Shown here piece by piece: positions 42,091 to 52,191 of a DNA stretch of 64,000 nt. The notes below the pieces were generated by a model, which saw only the letters and a program-made list of their open reading frames with translations, ran no database searches and was not told where the DNA came from. The stretch's first letter is position 1; each line of letters opens with the position of its first letter. Both the position numbers and the translations under genes were made by a program. This DNA comes from Spirochaetia bacterium (GTDB lineage Bacteria; Spirochaetota; Spirochaetia; WTKD01; G963693115). Location: NCBI GenBank assembly GCA_965226055.1, contig CBDDCA010000005.1, forward strand, positions 640,001 through 704,000, given 5' to 3'.

Positions 42091-42906
42091 TTATACTAAA
42101 AATAGCTCCTGCCAAGGAGAGTGTAAAAGAGTGGTACAATAATCGTATGCCTCTTCATACTCTTTTTCGGATTGGATAGTAAATACTTTTCTGCATGCAT
42201 GAGATTCAATAGTATGCTTTGCATGCTCCTCTGTATCTTGCAACGGAACATCAAATGCCATAAAAAGAAACGGATACCCAAAATTATGCATTGCATGTAT
42301 CTCAGAGGTAATAATCATAGTGTACTCTTCATCTGAAAGCTGTTGTTTCTGGGCATGTATGTGCTTCAAAGGATATGGACATACTACTTTCACATTAAAG
42401 TCGCTTGCAAGACGCTTTGCATATTCTGTATCTCCTTTGATGCCAATAAGCATCATAGTAAAGCGTTGCACAGAAGGAGGCAAATAATTCCAATACAGAA
42501 GAGGAGCATTACGAATTTTAGAAGCTGATATATGTATATTGTTACGATCAAAGTCAAGAGGGATAAATGTTGCTCCTATATGTTGTGCAAAGTCCCAGCC
42601 ATAATTTTCAGATGCAAAAAAATATTGAATATCAGCCATTATATGTGTAGTAATTTCTTCTGCCCAAATCTTAGGAGCATTAGGGTTCTGTACATTTGCT
42701 TCGGGTATTTCTTTTGTAATATGGTGTACCTGTGCTTGCGGAAATTGTTCTCTTATCCACTTATATCGAAGGTGTCCTGCAATAGGATCATCATGCCGAG
42801 AACAGATACATATATGCAAAGAACTACACATAGACAAAGCAAAATCTATAAGGTAACAGTGCCCTTTATGTAAAGGCATAAAACGACCTAATACTAACCC
42901 GTTCAC
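42091..42906 (-). CDS. NadR-like nicotinamide-nucleotide adenylyltransferase with degenerate C-terminal kinase domain
   Basis: GRFMPLHKGH (HxGH), FASENYG, ISASKIR. Confidence 0.8.
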   Translation of the reverse strand: MNGLVLGRFMPLHKGHCYLIDFALSMCSSLHICICSRHDDPIAGHLRYKWIREQFPQAQVHHITKEIPEANVQNPNAPKIWAEEITTHIMADIQYFFASENYGWDFAQHIGATFIPLDFDRNNIHISASKIRNAPLLYWNYLPPSVQRFTMMLIGIKGDTEYAKRLASDFNVKVVCPYPLKHIHAQKQQLSDEEYTMIITSEIHAMHNFGYPFLFMAFDVPLQDTEEHAKHTIESHACRKVFTIQSEKEYEEAYDYCTTLLHSPWQELFLV

Positions 42907-43688
42907 TACAAAAAGTCCTCGTACAGATGCACGCTATTAATATATAACATAACGGTAGTTCTTGCTCTATAATAATCAATATAATCAGTAAAAAAAGGCT
43001 GAGAAGCAAGCCGTACTCTCCCATATACGATACGAGTTGCTTGTGGTAATGTATCTTTCATTCTGTTACGTATGGCACTTTGAATTGCATCGTATAATGC
43101 ATCAATACGAGAATCAGCATATCCATCTTCAATGATGGCAGAGCCTTCTGCATTATTATTGAGAGAAATGCCTTCTCCTCTACTGTGCAATACTTTCGAT
43201 CTTTCTTCCCACGATTGCAATAATCGTACTTGCTGATCTACAAGATTGTATCGATAAAAAATACGCAGTGTACCATCAAGAATATTTCTTTCAAGCTCAA
43301 TCAACTGAGTGTTGTATAGGGGAATTTTTGCAACAGGCGTAATTGTCCATTTCTCTTGCACTTGCCTGCGAGAGTTTGGAGGAGCATATGAAAAATCATA
43401 GCCATAAATTGCTCCACTGAACATTTCAATGGCTAAATTTCTTGCTTTCAATTCACTTTCATTGAGACGCGATACTGCGTTATCATAGGCAGTGCTGTCT
43501 TCCTGTAGTGTAGTACTCTCTATGCTTTCTGATAACACAGTGTCCAGTGTATCTTCTGTTGCTTGCTGTCCATCTTTCAGTATATATGCCCAACTTTCCA
43601 TGACTATTACCTGTGATTGATACCACTCTGCTGAGATATATACGATAAACACTATTGGTAAGAACAAAAAAGCTATACTTCTTATCAT
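42906..43688 (-). CDS. Hypothetical exported protein
   Basis: Long ORF in the operon with an N-terminal hydrophobic segment; no motif recognised. Confidence 0.7.
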   Translation of the reverse strand: MIRSIAFLFLPIVFIVYISAEWYQSQVIVMESWAYILKDGQQATEDTLDTVLSESIESTTLQEDSTAYDNAVSRLNESELKARNLAIEMFSGAIYGYDFSYAPPNSRRQVQEKWTITPVAKIPLYNTQLIELERNILDGTLRIFYRYNLVDQQVRLLQSWEERSKVLHSRGEGISLNNNAEGSAIIEDGYADSRIDALYDAIQSAIRNRMKDTLPQATRIVYGRVRLASQPFFTDYIDYYRARTTVMLYINSVHLYEDFL

Positions 43689-43699
43689 AAAAAATATAC

Positions 43700-44347
43700 T
43701 TAGCGTGAAAATATTTGACGATAGGGATCTATACGATGCCGAACTAACAGATACACCCACGCTACTGCTATCCCAAAAAGATGCGTAAGATATGCTACAT
43801 TGCTTCTACTTCCTTGCCCTGTTAATAATAATAACTGCATACCAATATAAATAACAATAAGTATCTTTGCTTTTACAGGAAAAAGACCAAAAACATAGAG
43901 CTGTGCATTTGGGTACAATGTAGCAAACACTAGCAGTACCCCATAGATTGCTCCAGATGCCCCTAGTAAAAATACATTCATAGTGCCTGTTGCATAAAAT
44001 ACAAGTAAAGAAAGTATTCCTGATAAAATACCTGTGCTTAAATATAACACAAGAAATTCATCTGATCCCCATTGTCGTTCTATTATTGTTCCAAAAAAGT
44101 ATAACCCTAGCATATTAAACAGAATATGCCCAAAATCTGCATGGATGAACATATATGTTATGGGAGTCCACACAAAAAAATTGCGTAAAAACAAAAATGG
44201 TTGTACTGCAAGAAAATTTATAGACACAGGAAATAGTTGTGTTCCTATAAACACAACTATGTTAATAATAAGTAACACTTGTACCGTAGAACGTCTGCGA
44301 GATCGATATGGTAAAGGAGTACGAATATAACGTAAAAATAGATTCAT
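43700..44347 (-). CDS. Rhomboid family intramembrane serine protease
   Basis: HILFNM, GASG catalytic Ser, HLFG catalytic His. Confidence 0.93.
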   Translation of the reverse strand: MNLFLRYIRTPLPYRSRRRSTVQVLLIINIVVFIGTQLFPVSINFLAVQPFLFLRNFFVWTPITYMFIHADFGHILFNMLGLYFFGTIIERQWGSDEFLVLYLSTGILSGILSLLVFYATGTMNVFLLGASGAIYGVLLVFATLYPNAQLYVFGLFPVKAKILIVIYIGMQLLLLTGQGSRSNVAYLTHLFGIAVAWVYLLVRHRIDPYRQIFSR

Positions 44348-44449
44348 AAAATTTTCTTTCTTCCTTATGTTTGTCTTATAGTATACATATATTATATATT
44401 TTTTCCCTACTTTTCATTGTATCCTGATAGCAACTATGGTACTGTATGC

Positions 44450-45139
44450 CTAATGAGATTGCAATCTATTATACAGTACTTCTACTATAGCGAGAGGCGT
44501 AATATTTTTTTCAACAGCGTATACCCATAGATGATACAATACATCTGCTGCTTCGTTACAAATTTCTTCCTCACTTTTTGCTAATAGTAGCTCTATAGCT
44601 TCCTCTCCGAGTTTCTTTTTAATTTTTTCTTCCCCTTTAGAAAATAAATACGAACTATACGATCCTTCAGGCATATGTGCTTTTCTTTCTAACAAAAGAT
44701 TATGCAATGTCTCAAGAACAGAATACATCTGTTGCGAAGCTGCTGTCTTGACAGTAGCTTCGCCTGACGATTGTGGTTGCACCGTTGTCTGTTGTTGTGC
44801 TGTTTGTTCTTGCAATGGAGGCTTCTGTTGTATGGCACTATGAGAAGATGCTTTTCGCTGCTTTATGTTCACATACATTTCTTTACTAAAAGAGGTATAT
44901 GCTTCTATCCATGGATAATTACTCTGTGTTTCATCTGTTATAGCAGTAATTTCTACTTCGGGTATATTAGCTACTACTTTCTGTGTTGTAGGATGTACTA
45001 TCCAAAGCTGTTTTGTTTCTGTTGTCTTCTCGAATGCCTTTTTATTCATCATACATATATCTAAAATATCGGTAGCATTTCTCAGAATAAGAGGAACAAG
45101 TGTATTGGATGTTGCTTTTGTAGCAAATGACGATATCAT
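44450..45139 (-). CDS. hisE: Phosphoribosyl-ATP diphosphatase with degenerate N-terminal HisI-like region
   Basis: EGSYSSYLF, KKLGEEAIE, EAADVLYH. Confidence 0.85.
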   Translation of the reverse strand: MISSFATKATSNTLVPLILRNATDILDICMMNKKAFEKTTETKQLWIVHPTTQKVVANIPEVEITAITDETQSNYPWIEAYTSFSKEMYVNIKQRKASSHSAIQQKPPLQEQTAQQQTTVQPQSSGEATVKTAASQQMYSVLETLHNLLLERKAHMPEGSYSSYLFSKGEEKIKKKLGEEAIELLLAKSEEEICNEAADVLYHLWVYAVEKNITPLAIVEVLYNRLQSH

Positions 45140-45144
45140 TTTTT

Positions 45145-45891
45145 CTATAGAGAACTGGGGGATGGATACTTTTGTAACAGTTCTTTTATATTAACCTTAT
45201 TCTCATATATGGCTTTGCCAATAATAACCCCTACTATATTTTTATGTCCTTGTGCAACGACTGTTTCTATGTGTTGAGGTGAACCAATACCTCCCCCTAT
45301 AATCACAGGAATGCTCGTTTGTTCTGCCACAGTGTTTGAAAATGCAATGTCAATGCCTTCTAATGTTCCATCATTGTTGACATCAGTAAAGTTCACTGCC
45401 TTAAAAGCATAATTATCAATAACTTTGAGTAATTCCTGATAATCAACATGACTGTCTTCTTTCCATCCAGAAATTTGGATTTTTTTGTCTCGCATGTCTA
45501 GTGAAGCAATGAAATCAACATTATATTTTATTATCCAAGATACTACCCGAAAGAAATCATTCAGTAATACCGAACCAAGCACAAGTCGTTTCACTCCAAT
45601 ACTCATAAGCTGTTTTACATCAGTCTTGGTACGAATTCCTCCTCCTACTTCAATAGTACACTGTGGCACTGCTTTACAAATCTCTTCTATAGTATCTCGA
45701 TTGTTTCCTTGCTGTATGCTTGCATCTAAGTCAACTACATGAATTATTTTAGCACCGTAGTCAACATACTCTTTCGCAACATCAACGGGATCACCACTAT
45801 ATTCAGTCTTTGAATCAAAGTTTCCTTTTGTAAGACGAACACATTTACCATTACTAATATCAATAGCTGGTATAAGCATTATATTATTCAT
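45145..45891 (-). CDS. hisA: ProFAR isomerase
   Basis: IPAIDI..GKCVRL, HVVDLD, VGGGIR, DGTLEG, GKAIY. Confidence 0.93.
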   Translation of the reverse strand: MNNIMLIPAIDISNGKCVRLTKGNFDSKTEYSGDPVDVAKEYVDYGAKIIHVVDLDASIQQGNNRDTIEEICKAVPQCTIEVGGGIRTKTDVKQLMSIGVKRLVLGSVLLNDFFRVVSWIIKYNVDFIASLDMRDKKIQISGWKEDSHVDYQELLKVIDNYAFKAVNFTDVNNDGTLEGIDIAFSNTVAEQTSIPVIIGGGIGSPQHIETVVAQGHKNIVGVIIGKAIYENKVNIKELLQKYPSPSSL

Positions 45892-45919
45892 ATTTTATTC
45901 CCCTTTATATTAAAACATA

Positions 45920-47170
45920 TTAAAAAATTGCAGTAGCAAGGTAATCATCCACCGTTTCAGCACGACGGACAAGTTCAGTAGATCCATCACTATGCACTAG
46001 TATTTCTGCACTTCTCAGTTTACCATTGTAATTAAATCCCATTGCATGTCCATGTGCTCCTGCATCGTGAATAATAACAATATCATCTCTCTCTATCGTT
46101 GGGAGTGTTCTGTTAATGGCAAACTTATCGTTATTTTCACATAATCCACCGGTGACATCATATACATGATCGTGCGGAAGCTGTTCTTTCTCTAGTACTG
46201 TTATATGATGATATGCTCCGTACATGCCAGGACGCATCAGATTGGACATACATGCATCAAGCCCTACATATTGCTTATATATGTTCTTTTTATGGAGTAC
46301 TTTGCTAATAAGGTATCCATACGGGCCTGTTATCACTCTTCCATTTTCCATAAAAATATGAATGTCATCGCATCCTGATGCTTTCAAAATGCTATGATAT
46401 GCGTTCTTAATGCCTTCAGAAATGTGTGTATAGTCCACTCGTTTTTCTTCTGGTGTATAGGGAATTCCTATCCCTCCCCCTAGGTTCACAAACTCTATGC
46501 ATACTCCCGTTTTTTCTCGTATTTCAACAATAAGGGTGAACAACATGGCAGCGGTTTCTACAAAATAATCGGGGTTTAGCTCATTTGATGCTACCATAGT
46601 GTGTAATCCAAAATGGCGTATCCCTTGTTCTTTTGATCTTGTATATGCTTCAAATATCTGCTCTCTTGTAAGGCCATATTTTGCTTCTTCAGGGTTGCCA
46701 ATAATAACATTTCCTTGTTTTAGTGGACCAGGGTTATAGCGAAAACAGAGAGTGTCAGGCAAGGCATGCGAAAAATGTGCTAAAAGAAAATCAAGCAAAC
46801 TTATATCGTCAAGGTTAATAATAGCACCAAGCTCTAGGGCTTTTTGCAGATCCTTAAACGGAGTGTTATTTGATGTAAACATTATCTGCTTTCCTCGTAT
46901 CCCAAGTTTTTCCATCAACACTAATTCACTATACGAGCTACAATCCATGTTCATACCATTTTTGTACAACATGCTCAGTATTTTAGGGGTAGGAGTTGCT
47001 TTTACTGCAAAAAAATTCTTAAATGCAGCATGCCATGAAAATGCAGAATATAGCTCACTAATATTGTCACATATTCCTTTTTCATCATACAGATATAATG
47101 GAGTCTCATATGTATTGACTAATTCTTTTATAACATCATTTGAAAAAGGGATAAGCTTAGTACCTTGCAT
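45920..47170 (-). CDS. lysA: Diaminopimelate decarboxylase
   Basis: TPLYLYDE, FAVKA (PLP Lys), NLGGG, ENGR, CENND, GFNYN. Confidence 0.93.
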   Translation of the reverse strand: MQGTKLIPFSNDVIKELVNTYETPLYLYDEKGICDNISELYSAFSWHAAFKNFFAVKATPTPKILSMLYKNGMNMDCSSYSELVLMEKLGIRGKQIMFTSNNTPFKDLQKALELGAIINLDDISLLDFLLAHFSHALPDTLCFRYNPGPLKQGNVIIGNPEEAKYGLTREQIFEAYTRSKEQGIRHFGLHTMVASNELNPDYFVETAAMLFTLIVEIREKTGVCIEFVNLGGGIGIPYTPEEKRVDYTHISEGIKNAYHSILKASGCDDIHIFMENGRVITGPYGYLISKVLHKKNIYKQYVGLDACMSNLMRPGMYGAYHHITVLEKEQLPHDHVYDVTGGLCENNDKFAINRTLPTIERDDIVIIHDAGAHGHAMGFNYNGKLRSAEILVHSDGSTELVRRAETVDDYLATAIF

Positions 47171-47260
47171 ATTATTATTGTATTAAAGATATAATTTTAT
47201 TTCAATTATGTAGAGGGTGGGAAATTATATACTATTATACAAATATACCAAGAGATTATG

Positions 47261-47752
47261 TTATGCCTTAAATCCTAATCTCAAACTCATTGATATATAT
47301 GATACATTAAATTTTTTTGCTAATGTTTCTATACCTTCTGTATCATAGTTAGACTCTTCAGCAAGGGGCATAAGTATATCATATGGCATAAGTATATCAG
47401 CTGCCAAGCGATCGGCTTCTAATTCTAAATAATTGTATAGATTACTTTTATAGAGACCAGTGTCTACTATGCCATTGTTTTCTCTAATCCTGTCTCTATG
47501 CAATATATAGTGAGCTATTTCATGTGCTATTGTAAAACGTTGTCTTGTGTTTGGATGATGAGTATTTACCACTATTCTATATTCTTTGTGTTCTTCGTTG
47601 TAATATATCTTTCCTGATATATTGTACTCAAAATCTTTTGTACCAAATACTTCAATTTTTAAGTCTTTAGTTATTCTTTCAAGATCTACAGGAATATTAT
47701 GCTTGCTTTTGTGTATACTACCCAAATATTTTAAAAAATTATCATATGTCAT
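47261..47752 (-). CDS. ImmA/IrrE family metallo-endopeptidase (DUF955/M78)
   Basis: RQRFTIAHEIAH, ELEADRLAADILMP, LAKKFNVS. Confidence 0.92.
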   Translation of the reverse strand: MTYDNFLKYLGSIHKSKHNIPVDLERITKDLKIEVFGTKDFEYNISGKIYYNEEHKEYRIVVNTHHPNTRQRFTIAHEIAHYILHRDRIRENNGIVDTGLYKSNLYNYLELEADRLAADILMPYDILMPLAEESNYDTEGIETLAKKFNVSYISMSLRLGFKA

Positions 47753-47767
47753 ATTTCATTATTCCTC

Positions 47768-48202
47768 CTATTTTTTAAAATATTTTTCTTCATCAGTTTT
47801 ATCTTTTGAAGAAACATTAATTTTATCTAAAACATCTTTTACTATTTTTTCTATCTCAGGTGCTATATTATTGTTTATCTTATCTTCCACAGTTGCTTGC
47901 ACTATTTTTTCTACAGTGTCTTTTGCTGTTTTTTCTGCGGTTTCTTGTGCTGTTTTTTGTAATCCTTTCCAACCAATAAACGCAACTATACCTCCACCTA
48001 ATGCAAGAGCTGTTAAAATTATTCCAAGTAATGTTATTTGTAAACTTATTGCATCAGCACTACTAAAATCTGATTTTAGCTCTTTGTAAGTGAAATTAAA
48101 TTTCATATAAGCAAGAACAATAACAGATATAAACAGGAAGAAAATTATTATAGAGGTAATAAATAACAACCCTGAAAATTTTGATTCACCCTTATCTGCC
48201 AT
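47768..48202 (-). CDS. Hypothetical 2-TM membrane protein with C-terminal helical region
   Basis: AGGAG RBS, two hydrophobic helices, co-oriented 15 bp upstream of the ImmA/IrrE gene. Confidence 0.8.
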   Translation of the reverse strand: MADKGESKFSGLLFITSIIIFFLFISVIVLAYMKFNFTYKELKSDFSSADAISLQITLLGIILTALALGGGIVAFIGWKGLQKTAQETAEKTAKDTVEKIVQATVEDKINNNIAPEIEKIVKDVLDKINVSSKDKTDEEKYFKK

Positions 48203-48272
48203 ATATTTCTCCTAAACTAATTAGACTTATATATTATAACATGTTTTTTTATTTTTGCTTGCTCTTTTTTTG

Positions 48273-48363
48273 CTCCTTTGTCGCAATTAGTCCTTGAATC
48301 CGCAATGCTGTGAGTGCATGCGTTCAAGCTCCCCCCAAACCACCTCCTCTTTTAAGGTGAGGC
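48273..48363 (-). repeat. Dispersed intergenic element, longest copy C, with imperfect hairpins
   Basis: Core 48273-48308 is identical to copy A. The minus strand can fold CTTGAA-CGCA-TGC [ACTCACA] GCA-T-TGCG-GA-TTCAAG. A second stem is CACCT/AGGTG. Confidence 0.85.
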
Positions 48364-48413
48364 TATCATGTATACTATATGTACAATATATACAATAATT
48401 ATATATAGAGTAC

Positions 48414-51400
48414 ATGCACGTTATTTATCATACTACCACTAACAAGTTTTTCTTATACAGCATTGCATCATTCCTCTGTAAGTGGGGAGCATCAAGATTT
48501 CGCTATGGCATGTATATTGTATTCCTATATTGTTCAGTGACTGTAGTCGCACTTGTGCCTCCAGAAGACAAGATAACACAGTACACTCCGTCTCTCACTG
48601 CATGGAAACAGGAGCCTCCTTATCAAGGCTGGGTAAGAAAAGACACAACATATTTTACCTATATCTTTGAACAGAAAGATATGGCAATAGTAGATGATTT
48701 AGAAGCTGTAGTGAAAGAATACGCTCAGCCACTCCAAGAGTTATTTGAACATTATATTCGCTCATCAGAAAAAGTACATATCATTATTGATGGAAGAGCA
48801 GGATATAGCAATGGTTCTTATCGCTCAGTCCCTCCTGAGATTCGGCTTCACACCTATGCTATGGGAATAAGTGGTAAGAATACAAGCTGGATACAATTTC
48901 TCTTTTTACATGAATTTGCCCATTACCTTCACTTATACTATCCATCAGGATTAGGACATTTTTTTTCTTATATTTTTGGGCCAATCGCTAAAAGTATTCC
49001 TACTTTGTTTACTCCTAAATGGCTTATTGAAGGAATTGGAGTATATATAGAAAGTGCTTATTCCAACGTAGGAAGATTACATAACCCTTTTTTTATGTTA
49101 CCAATGCGTGCTGATATTTTACTTGACACGCTGTTACCGTATTCAATATCACGACTAAATACCTCCTTTGAATTTCAATATGGAAGAATATACCTTTATG
49201 GGAGTTTTTTGTTTCGCTATATACAACAACAGTATGGCTTTGATACTTTTATTGAATTATGGCGTGAATATTTGAATGCTCCTTTCTTATTTGAAACTGC
49301 AGTAAAAAACAAATTAGGAAAAAGTTTACAAAGCATTCACAAAGATATGCAAGCTACTCTTTATGCACAATATCTTAAAGAATCGGGATATTTTCCTCGC
49401 GGTACAATGCTAGAAACAACTATCCTTCCAAGCGATAAGCTCTCCTTAGTGGCTACCACTGATAAAGGAAGCATATATTACAAACAAGGAAATGAAGAGC
49501 CTAGTGGCTTTCTATTGCTTTCAAAAGATACTATGCAAGAACAAAGATTGCTTAGCATCTCTGCAGCCACTACATTTTTTGGAACAGGCAGTGCCAATGC
49601 CACAAAAGATGGCAATACACTTGTCTTTGTTGCAAGAACCTATAATGCAGGAGCAACTACCGCTCTTAGTAATGTAAGCTACAATGGTTACATAAGCTAC
49701 TTTAATGATCTGTACACTTATTCAATAGAATCAGATACTTTCAAACAAATATCACAGAAACAACAGCTCTCTATGCCTAGTATAAGCAACGATGCTTCCT
49801 TTATTGTCGCTACTAAAAAAGATACTGCATATAATTCATTGATTAAAGTAGATATGACAACATATCAACAAGGCTACGAAATTCTGTATACAGCTCCTTC
49901 GTCTGAAATACTTGATAAAGACATATCTCCACACAACAAATATGTCGCATTCATTGAGAAAAACACACGCGAAGGCACAAGTATAGCTATACTCGATATT
50001 ACAACTAAACAGCGTACCTCTCTACTACAAACTGATACTATGCTATTTTATGATCTACGGTTTATCAACAATACTACCGTTCAGTTTAGCTCTAATATAG
50101 AACATCCTCATACTGTTATGCAACTCTACAGATTTGATATAGAAAAACAACAACTCTCACGCATAGCCCAAGACAGCATTGGTATTGTCAGTGCCTTGCC
50201 AACACATGATGGTGGAATACTGTATCAATCAAACAGCGGAGAAGGGTTTGCTCTCTATCACTATACAAAACAGCATATTCAAGCCATGACACATGGAGTA
50301 GATATTAGTACTCTTGACACTGTAAGCATGCCGTACAGTAGCATTTCTCAAACAATTGATACTCTCCCTCTCTCTACAACATATGCAGCTTTCCCTTCTG
50401 TATTATCTTTTTTTCCTCATCGTGTTGCATATCTGCTACCACTCTTTTTACTAAAATATGAAAATGCTACTACCAGCTTTTATCCTGGACTTGAATTACA
50501 ACTGTTTAGCTCTAACAGTCTTTCAAACCTAAACATACGATTTTTACAATACTTTGATACACGACAAACAAATATTCACTTTCAGCCTATATACAATATA
50601 ACATATGGATATTCCATTCGTCCTATAGGAGATATACTTATTTCATCGTCCCGTGCCATTCAATATGCTCCTGTATCAGAAGCCTATCTTACACAATATC
50701 AAAATACATTTTCTTATGGGAGATTATTATGGAGCGATATACACAATAATCGACTAAAGCTGATAGCAAATACTACTATACGCTCCATAGTCTTTACTCC
50801 TATAAGTCTGAGATTAGCAGAAAGCTATGCCATAGAAAACTCTCTGTCTTTCCAAAAATTTGGACTTCGCCTACAATACTCTGGAAAAAGCACTGCTTCA
50901 TCAATACGATACCCTTTATCATGGAATGTTGAGATTGGTTCATACTACTACCCTCCTTATTGGGAAAGTAGCTATCATCAATATGTATACTCATTGAGTT
51001 CTCATATTCGTGTTCCTTTACAAAAATACTTTGCTATAAAAATAAGCAATAAAAGTACTCTTTCCAATAGTACACAGTTTACATCAGAACAACAGCTTCA
51101 TCGTCTCAATCGAATAGATACTATTACTCTCATACGTAGTTCACAAACAGTACTGCTGGGCTATGATACTGCCTTCAGTAATAGCCCTTTTAAGTCAATA
51201 TGGTCATTAGATCTTATTATTCCCTTAGGCTACAATGATAGGCTAGGGAGTTACACCATACAGCCCTATGCTTTCTTTTTAAGTATATACACCGACCATA
51301 GCTTTGCAATAGATAATAGTGGTCATGCCATGCAAAGTTCCTATTATGATGTTGGGATAGAAAACAACATACAGTTTACTATAGGAGGAATCAATACATC

Positions 51401-51482
51401 AATAAGTGCAGGAGGATTATTTCGCATACCGTATGATGCACAAAAACTAGATTATAGGCTCTATATTTTATTTGGCAATTAA
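48414..51482 (+). CDS. Large exported protein: zincin-like peptidase domain, TolB-like propeller and probable C-terminal beta-barrel
   Basis: LHEFAH...WLIEG (gluzincin pattern); PSISNDA and DISPHNKYVAF propeller-like motifs; amphipathic C-terminal strands. Start codon uncertain. Confidence 0.7.
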   Translation: MHVIYHTTTNKFFLYSIASFLCKWGASRFRYGMYIVFLYCSVTVVALVPPEDKITQYTPSLTAWKQEPPYQGWVRKDTTYFTYIFEQKDMAIVDDLEAVVKEYAQPLQELFEHYIRSSEKVHIIIDGRAGYSNGSYRSVPPEIRLHTYAMGISGKNTSWIQFLFLHEFAHYLHLYYPSGLGHFFSYIFGPIAKSIPTLFTPKWLIEGIGVYIESAYSNVGRLHNPFFMLPMRADILLDTLLPYSISRLNTSFEFQYGRIYLYGSFLFRYIQQQYGFDTFIELWREYLNAPFLFETAVKNKLGKSLQSIHKDMQATLYAQYLKESGYFPRGTMLETTILPSDKLSLVATTDKGSIYYKQGNEEPSGFLLLSKDTMQEQRLLSISAATTFFGTGSANATKDGNTLVFVARTYNAGATTALSNVSYNGYISYFNDLYTYSIESDTFKQISQKQQLSMPSISNDASFIVATKKDTAYNSLIKVDMTTYQQGYEILYTAPSSEILDKDISPHNKYVAFIEKNTREGTSIAILDITTKQRTSLLQTDTMLFYDLRFINNTTVQFSSNIEHPHTVMQLYRFDIEKQQLSRIAQDSIGIVSALPTHDGGILYQSNSGEGFALYHYTKQHIQAMTHGVDISTLDTVSMPYSSISQTIDTLPLSTTYAAFPSVLSFFPHRVAYLLPLFLLKYENATTSFYPGLELQLFSSNSLSNLNIRFLQYFDTRQTNIHFQPIYNITYGYSIRPIGDILISSSRAIQYAPVSEAYLTQYQNTFSYGRLLWSDIHNNRLKLIANTTIRSIVFTPISLRLAESYAIENSLSFQKFGLRLQYSGKSTASSIRYPLSWNVEIGSYYYPPYWESSYHQYVYSLSSHIRVPLQKYFAIKISNKSTLSNSTQFTSEQQLHRLNRIDTITLIRSSQTVLLGYDTAFSNSPFKSIWSLDLIIPLGYNDRLGSYTIQPYAFFLSIYTDHSFAIDNSGHAMQSSYYDVGIENNIQFTIGGINTSISAGGLFRIPYDAQKLDYRLYILFGN

Positions 51483-51550
51483 CAACATACACAACATACT
51501 AAACAACAATTACAAAAGAAATAGCACATACATATCAATAGCACTGCTAT

Positions 51551-51982
51551 TTATACACCAATCACACCCTTTTTGAGAATTATATTACCGTATTTAACAA
51601 GCTCCCCTGTTACTACCACCGCATATGCCTGCTTTGCTCTATCATAAAAATCAAAGCGTTCAATAAATGCTATAGGAGGACAATCATTATAGTATTCATC
51701 AATAGCCTGCCTGTACCGTTGCTCTATTGCAGGATCTGCACTGTCTCCTTGTACCGCTTGCATCATATGTACTGGGGCTTCCACAAAGGTATCAAGTGGA
51801 AACAAAGGCAATAGTGCATGCAACAATGGAGCAATTTGTACACCATCTGCACGTAAACAAGTAGTGTTCATGGTAACACCGGGAAAATTAGCATCCGCAA
51901 GAACAATTTCATCACCATGCCCCATACTATGTAAAACAAACAACAGTTCAGGGCTTAGTAATGGAGATATTCCTTGTAACAT
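51551..51982 (-). CDS. fucU: RbsD/FucU family sugar mutarotase (L-fucose mutarotase-like)
   Basis: MGHGDEIVLADANFP, ERFDFY, YGNIILKKGVI. Confidence 0.9.
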   Translation of the reverse strand: MLQGISPLLSPELLFVLHSMGHGDEIVLADANFPGVTMNTTCLRADGVQIAPLLHALLPLFPLDTFVEAPVHMMQAVQGDSADPAIEQRYRQAIDEYYNDCPPIAFIERFDFYDRAKQAYAVVVTGELVKYGNIILKKGVIGV

Positions 51983-52135
51983 ATCTTTCTCCTTTCTTTT
52001 ATTCTAAACAAATAGAGAAAATACTGCAAATGTCTCAATATCCAATATAGCCATTATGCGAGTCCATTTTTGGACTGTTACTCTCTCGTATGCTCATAGA
52101 GATACTGCAGTAAATCCCTTAATGCTCTTAAGGTT

Positions 52136-52171
52136 CTATAGTAAGAAAGGAGCTATCCTTTCTTGCTATAG
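52136..52171. other. 16-bp inverted repeat with 4-nt loop, 3' of lipoprotein paralogue 2
   Basis: CTATAGTAAGAAAGGA-gcta-TCCTTTCTTGCTATAG (one mismatch). Confidence 0.85.
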
Positions 52172-52191
52172 GTATTGTTTCTTATATTCTA

